In this document: piece by piece, positions 59,975-64,000 of the stretch
How positions within the stretch are numbered: position 1 is the first letter of the stretch
Layout: the number at the start of each line of letters is the position of its first letter
Source of the DNA: Candidatus Poribacteria bacterium
GTDB lineage: Bacteria; Poribacteria; WGA-4E; PCPOR2b
Assembly (NCBI GenBank): GCA_965198175.1
Contig: OZ240245.1
Location: 256,001-320,000 of the forward strand
Length of the DNA stretch: 64,000 nt
Direction: 5' to 3'
Program-made: the position numbers and the translations under genes
Notes under the pieces: generated by a model
What the model was told of the DNA's origin: nothing
Seen by the model: only the letters and a program-made list of their open reading frames with translations
Database searches by the model: none

Positions 59975-60949
59975 CTAATCGTTACGTCCAACCTGTTTGA
60001 GCCAACCCCAAGTCAGTGCACGCTTCTCCGTAGGTGATACAGAAAATACCGTCACAAAATCAGGGTCGAACCAAGCGGGTGCACGGCTGACGTTGCTGAT
60101 ACCCGGTAGTTCCTGCTGAGGCCCTTTTCCGTCCACATCCCGGATGAAGATTCTTGAGCCGCCCCCAAACGTCGCGCCGGCAATCTTTTCTCCGTCCGGC
60201 GACCATTCAGGATCCCGGCAACACGCGATTGCTACCTGATTTGCGCCATCTGCGGCATCCATCGCATAGATATTGGCAGCCCCCGTTCGATTTGAGATAA
60301 ACGCAATCTTCTTCTCGTCCGGCGACCATGCCGCATGGGTATTCGCCGAGCGGTTATTCGTCAGATTTCGCAGGTTTTCACCGTTCGCGTCCATAACGTA
60401 AATGTCTCCAAGCGACCTCCCTCGTTTGGAAGTAAACGCCATTCTTCGACCGTCCCGCGACCAAGCCGGATCGATGTCCTTGACCGCATCGTTCGTAAGG
60501 TTCTTCAGTCCATGACCCCCATCCGTCATCGTGTAGATTTCAAAGTTCCCGTCCCGATTCGTGGTGAAGGCTATCGTTCTGCCGCTGGGGTGCCAGCTTG
60601 GTCGGCTATCCTCCGCAGCATCGTCGGTGAGCCGTTTGAGGTTTTTCCCGTTAGCATTCACCACGTACACATCAATGTTCTTCCTCACTTCGGTATGGAA
60701 CGCAAGCTTTCGACCGTCTGGCGACCATTCTAGACCCAAGGGCAGGGGATTAGCGCCAATCGCCAACAGCGGGCGCACATCTTCCCCTTCAAGATTCATC
60801 AACCAGATAATTGCGCCTTCGCCTACACTTGAGACCGCGAGAGTTGGCTTCTTCGGCGCCTGCGCATGAACGTGCATCAAAACTACGCCATTGACAAAGA
60901 GAAATACGCTAACGAACACAACACACACCTGTGTTTTCCGACTCTGCAT
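59975..60949 (-). CDS. Secreted TolB-like (PD40) beta-propeller protein
   Basis: Same repeats; start placed at MQSRK with GAGGT RBS. Confidence 0.9.
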   Translation of the reverse strand: MQSRKTQVCVVFVSVFLFVNGVVLMHVHAQAPKKPTLAVSSVGEGAIIWLMNLEGEDVRPLLAIGANPLPLGLEWSPDGRKLAFHTEVRKNIDVYVVNANGKNLKRLTDDAAEDSRPSWHPSGRTIAFTTNRDGNFEIYTMTDGGHGLKNLTNDAVKDIDPAWSRDGRRMAFTSKRGRSLGDIYVMDANGENLRNLTNNRSANTHAAWSPDEKKIAFISNRTGAANIYAMDAADGANQVAIACCRDPEWSPDGEKIAGATFGGGSRIFIRDVDGKGPQQELPGISNVSRAPAWFDPDFVTVFSVSPTEKRALTWGWLKQVGRND

Positions 60950-61015
60950 TCTAGTTACCTCGCTGTTAGTTTTCCTCGATCCCATTCTTGGCTGAAAAAC
61001 TTGTATCAACCGGTA

Positions 61016-62035
61016 TCAATCACCGTCACCAATCTGCTTGATCCAACCCCATGTCAATGCGCGTTTCTCAACCGGGGAAACGGAATATTCAACCACGAAT
61101 TTCGGATCGAACCACGCTGGGGAACGGTTTTGGGTGCCGATGTTTGGGAGATCGCTCCAATTTAGACTACCGTTCGCCGGGTGGATGCGAATATTTGCCT
61201 GCCCCCCGCCCAGTGCCGCTGCGGCAATCTCTTTCCCGTCCGGAGCCCAACTCGCTTCTCTGTTAGGAAAGCCGCCCGACTTTGGGTCCTGCAAATCGCT
61301 AATCTTCAATATATTCCCGCCGCCAACAGCATCCATCGTCCAAATCTCATCATTGCCGCTTCGACGTGATGTCCAAGCAATTTTATTATTGTCCCATGAC
61401 CACGTCGGTTGAATATCTTCACCTCGAACATTCGTGAGATTTTCTAAATTCTCCCCTTCCCCATCCATGACATAGATATCCCCAAGCGACCTTCCTCGTT
61501 TGGATGCGAACGCAATCAGTCGCCCATTTCGAGACCACGCGGGATACCGGTCCTTCGCCGGGTCGTTTGTCAGGTTGCCTAGAATCTCACCCCGTAAATT
61601 CATTGCATAAATCTCAAAATTACCGTCCCGATCGGTTTGGAATGCCATCTTTCGACCGCCAGGGTGCCAAGTCGGCCAACTATCTTCCGCCTCATGGTCG
61701 GTGAGCTTCTCAAGGTTTTCGCCGTTGGCATCAACCACGTAGATATCGACGTTGTTTTCCAATTTAGTGTGGAACGCAAGCTGGTTCCCGTCCGGAGACC
61801 ATTTCAATCCCGAGGGTATCGGATCTCCGTCAATTTCTAATATCAGGCGTGAATTCTTCCCATCGGCGTTCCGCATCCATATACCTAAGCCTTCAAACGC
61901 ATTTGTCGTGAGTGCGATTTTTTCTATGGCGGGCGCTTGTGCAGCCGCACTCACTAGAAAAATGGAGATGCTCAATAGCAACACCCCCATGAACCCGGCA
62001 CATATCAACACTATTCGATTTTGCACTATTATCAC
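61016..62035 (-). CDS. Secreted TolB-like (PD40) beta-propeller protein
   Basis: Same repeats; SVSPVEKRALTWGWIK tail. Confidence 0.9.
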   Translation of the reverse strand: MIIVQNRIVLICAGFMGVLLLSISIFLVSAAAQAPAIEKIALTTNAFEGLGIWMRNADGKNSRLILEIDGDPIPSGLKWSPDGNQLAFHTKLENNVDIYVVDANGENLEKLTDHEAEDSWPTWHPGGRKMAFQTDRDGNFEIYAMNLRGEILGNLTNDPAKDRYPAWSRNGRLIAFASKRGRSLGDIYVMDGEGENLENLTNVRGEDIQPTWSWDNNKIAWTSRRSGNDEIWTMDAVGGGNILKISDLQDPKSGGFPNREASWAPDGKEIAAAALGGGQANIRIHPANGSLNWSDLPNIGTQNRSPAWFDPKFVVEYSVSPVEKRALTWGWIKQIGDGD

Positions 62036-62103
62036 CTCATTGATTTAAGATTTTTGCGCTGCGGCATTCAAATAATACACGCCTTGGACTACATTCTAAC
62101 AAG

Positions 62104-63105
62104 TTAATCGTCCTGCACAACTTGCTTTACCCAACCCCACGTCAAGGGTCGTTTCTCGACCGGGGAAACGGAGAACTCAACCACGAATTTGGGATCGAAC
62201 CACGCAGGGGAACGGTCTTGGACGCCGATTCCCGGCAGGTCCATCCAATTTAGGTTGCCCTTTGCTGAATGCACGCGAATACTCGCTCTGCCGCCCCCAA
62301 GTGCCGCTGAAGCAATCTCTTTGCCATCCGGTGACCAGGACGGTTCCCGAACTCGGAAACCCGCCGCTTTGGGATCCTGCAAATCGCTCACCTGCCTCGC
62401 ATTCGCGCCGTCTGCATCCATCGCCCAGATTTCCGCAGCCCCGTTTCGAGCGGAGGTCCAAGCAATTTGCTTTCCGTCCCAAGACCACCTGGGTTGAAAA
62501 TCCTCGCCCCGAACGTTCGTCAGATTCTCCAAAATCTCTCCATTCTGGCTCATCAGAAATATATCCCCCAGCGTCTTACCGCGTTTGGAAGCGAAGGCTA
62601 TATGTCGAGCGTCCGGCGACCACGCGGGATAATGGTCCTTGACCGCGTCGTTTGTCAGGTTGTCCAGAATGTCCCCGCGTGAAGTCATTGTGTAAATCTC
62701 AAGATTTCCGTCCCGATTGGTGTGGAAGGCTATCTTCTGACCGCTGGGGTGCCAAGTGGGCCAACTATCTTCTGATTCGTGCTCGGTGAGCCGTCGGAGG
62801 TTATCCCCGTCGCCGTTTACCACGTAAACATCAATATTTTTATCTAATTCTGTGTGAAAAGCTATCTGATTTCCGTCTGGTGACCACACCAAACCCGACG
62901 GTCGAGGGTTTCCCTCAATCGGCAATATGAGGCGCGGGTTCCCGCCATTATCGTTCATCAGCCAGATGCCCAGGTCGCCATCACTAGCGATTGCGATGGT
63001 TGACCGCTGGGGCGCTTGTGCTCCTACATTCATCGGAATTACCGTGCTGTACAAGAGCAGCAGACAGAAACACATGACACCTAATAATGTTTTGTGAATT
63101 TGCAT
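62104..63105 (-). CDS. Secreted TolB-like (PD40) beta-propeller protein
   Basis: Same repeats; SVSPVEKRPLTWGWVK tail. Confidence 0.9.
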   Translation of the reverse strand: MQIHKTLLGVMCFCLLLLYSTVIPMNVGAQAPQRSTIAIASDGDLGIWLMNDNGGNPRLILPIEGNPRPSGLVWSPDGNQIAFHTELDKNIDVYVVNGDGDNLRRLTEHESEDSWPTWHPSGQKIAFHTNRDGNLEIYTMTSRGDILDNLTNDAVKDHYPAWSPDARHIAFASKRGKTLGDIFLMSQNGEILENLTNVRGEDFQPRWSWDGKQIAWTSARNGAAEIWAMDADGANARQVSDLQDPKAAGFRVREPSWSPDGKEIASAALGGGRASIRVHSAKGNLNWMDLPGIGVQDRSPAWFDPKFVVEFSVSPVEKRPLTWGWVKQVVQDD

Positions 63106-63135
63106 AGCTTGTAACCTCCTAACAAGAGAAGAAGA

Positions 63136-63349
63136 GATATAACGAGTGAATAGTGAGGACGATAGTATTCCGAAAACTATCGCAGTCGCTTGATCCCCTA
63201 ACCGTTACCCATTATTTCCAAACCGGTTAACAACTGAAAAACGAGCATTCGCAATCAGCACTCATTAACGATCATCCGACCGAATAGGGAGGGCGATAGT
63301 CCTAACTGACAGCACAAGACTATCGCGCTCCCTATTTGATCGCTTGATT
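63136..63349. repeat. Two copies of the GATC-ended repeat (63136-63195 degenerate; 63270-63349)
   Basis: CGATAGT/ACTATCG arms; the second copy contains the stop of the next gene. Confidence 0.8.
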
Positions 63350-64000
63350 CTGCTTGAGCCAACCCCAGGTCAAGGGCTGATTCTCAGCCGGTGAGACGGA
63401 AAACGCGTCCACGAAAGCAGGATCGAACCAAGCTGGAGAGCGATCTTCACCGCCCACCGCTGGTAGATCTTGCCACTCCAGATTACCATTCGCAGGGTGG
63501 ATGCGGATAGTGATTACACCGCCCTGTCCAAACGCTGTCGATGCGACACGCTCACCACCCGGCGCCCAAGTAACATCCCTATTTCTAACTCCCTGTGCTC
63601 TTGGATCTTGAAGGTCGCTAATCTTCATCGGATTGCCTCCGTCCGCATCCATTGACCAGATCTCCCCGGCACCATTTCGGCGGGATATCCAAGCAATTCG
63701 GTTGCCGTCCCGCGACCACTTGGGCTGGATATCCTCGCCGCGAACTTTGGTGAGATTTTGTACGTTCTCGCCCTGCGCATCCATCACAAAGATGTCCCCC
63801 AGAGTCTTTCCACGTTTGGAAGCGAAGGCTATCCTTCTAGCATCTGGCGACCACGTGGGGTGCTGGTCTTGCACCGAGTCGTTTGTGATATTTTCCAACG
63901 CCTCTCTCGCCGAAGTCATGGCATAGATTTCAAAGTTCCCATCCCGATTCGTGGAAAACGCAAGCCTTTCACCCTCGGGGTGCCACGCAGGCCAGCTATC
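63332..64000 (-). CDS. TolB-like (PD40) protein, 5' end outside window
   Basis: PD40 repeats continue to the window edge; SVSPAENQPLTWGWLK tail. Confidence 0.88.
   Translation of the reverse strand, partial: DSWPAWHPEGERLAFSTNRDGNFEIYAMTSAREALENITNDSVQDQHPTWSPDARRIAFASKRGKTLGDIFVMDAQGENVQNLTKVRGEDIQPKWSRDGNRIAWISRRNGAGEIWSMDADGGNPMKISDLQDPRAQGVRNRDVTWAPGGERVASTAFGQGGVITIRIHPANGNLEWQDLPAVGGEDRSPAWFDPAFVDAFSVSPAENQPLTWGWLKQNQAIK

Noticed and set aside
58933..64000. Genuine tolB of the Tol-Pal system
   Set aside because: No TolB N-terminal domain and no tolQRA or pal genes; these are multiple paralogs.

Overview
Bacterial chromosome segment, most likely Candidatus Poribacteria. This is an inference from the lineage-typical 'V(E/S)P..K/R.(L)T(T)WG.IK' and 'LLQNYPNPFNPETWIPY' C-terminal motifs and from the WD40/TolB/HEAT/TPR gene expansions. 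Housekeeping genes: mazG-like, prpC, prpB, rbsK, nrdR, nrdJ, lpdA and a fused E1 alpha/beta subunit. A defence island follows nrdJ: an EcoRV-like restriction-modification pair, an AbiA-family reverse transcriptase with a HEPN-like motif bracketed by two REP-doublet elements, and two unknown genes. The most novel structure is a repeated sigma54 expression cassette on the minus strand: PAS kinase, NtrC-type activator, palindromic enhancer sites, -24/-12 promoter, a variable small secreted protein, a hairpin, then a partner gene. It is present as one intact copy (27.8-33.4 kb), one IS5-truncated copy (37.9-40.5 kb), one cargo-deleted copy with co-varied enhancer sites (1-620) and a decayed partner fragment. 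Also present: a decaying Pho island (phoB nonsense allele, IS5-derived MITE, phoU fragment, intact phoX and porin); a 78-bp GATC-ended palindromic repeat family that supplies codons to genes; a structured 344-bp tandem element upstream of nrdJ; and a tandem array of at least five TolB-like genes. No rRNA, tRNA or CRISPR array was seen. All homology calls come from motif recognition, not database searches.
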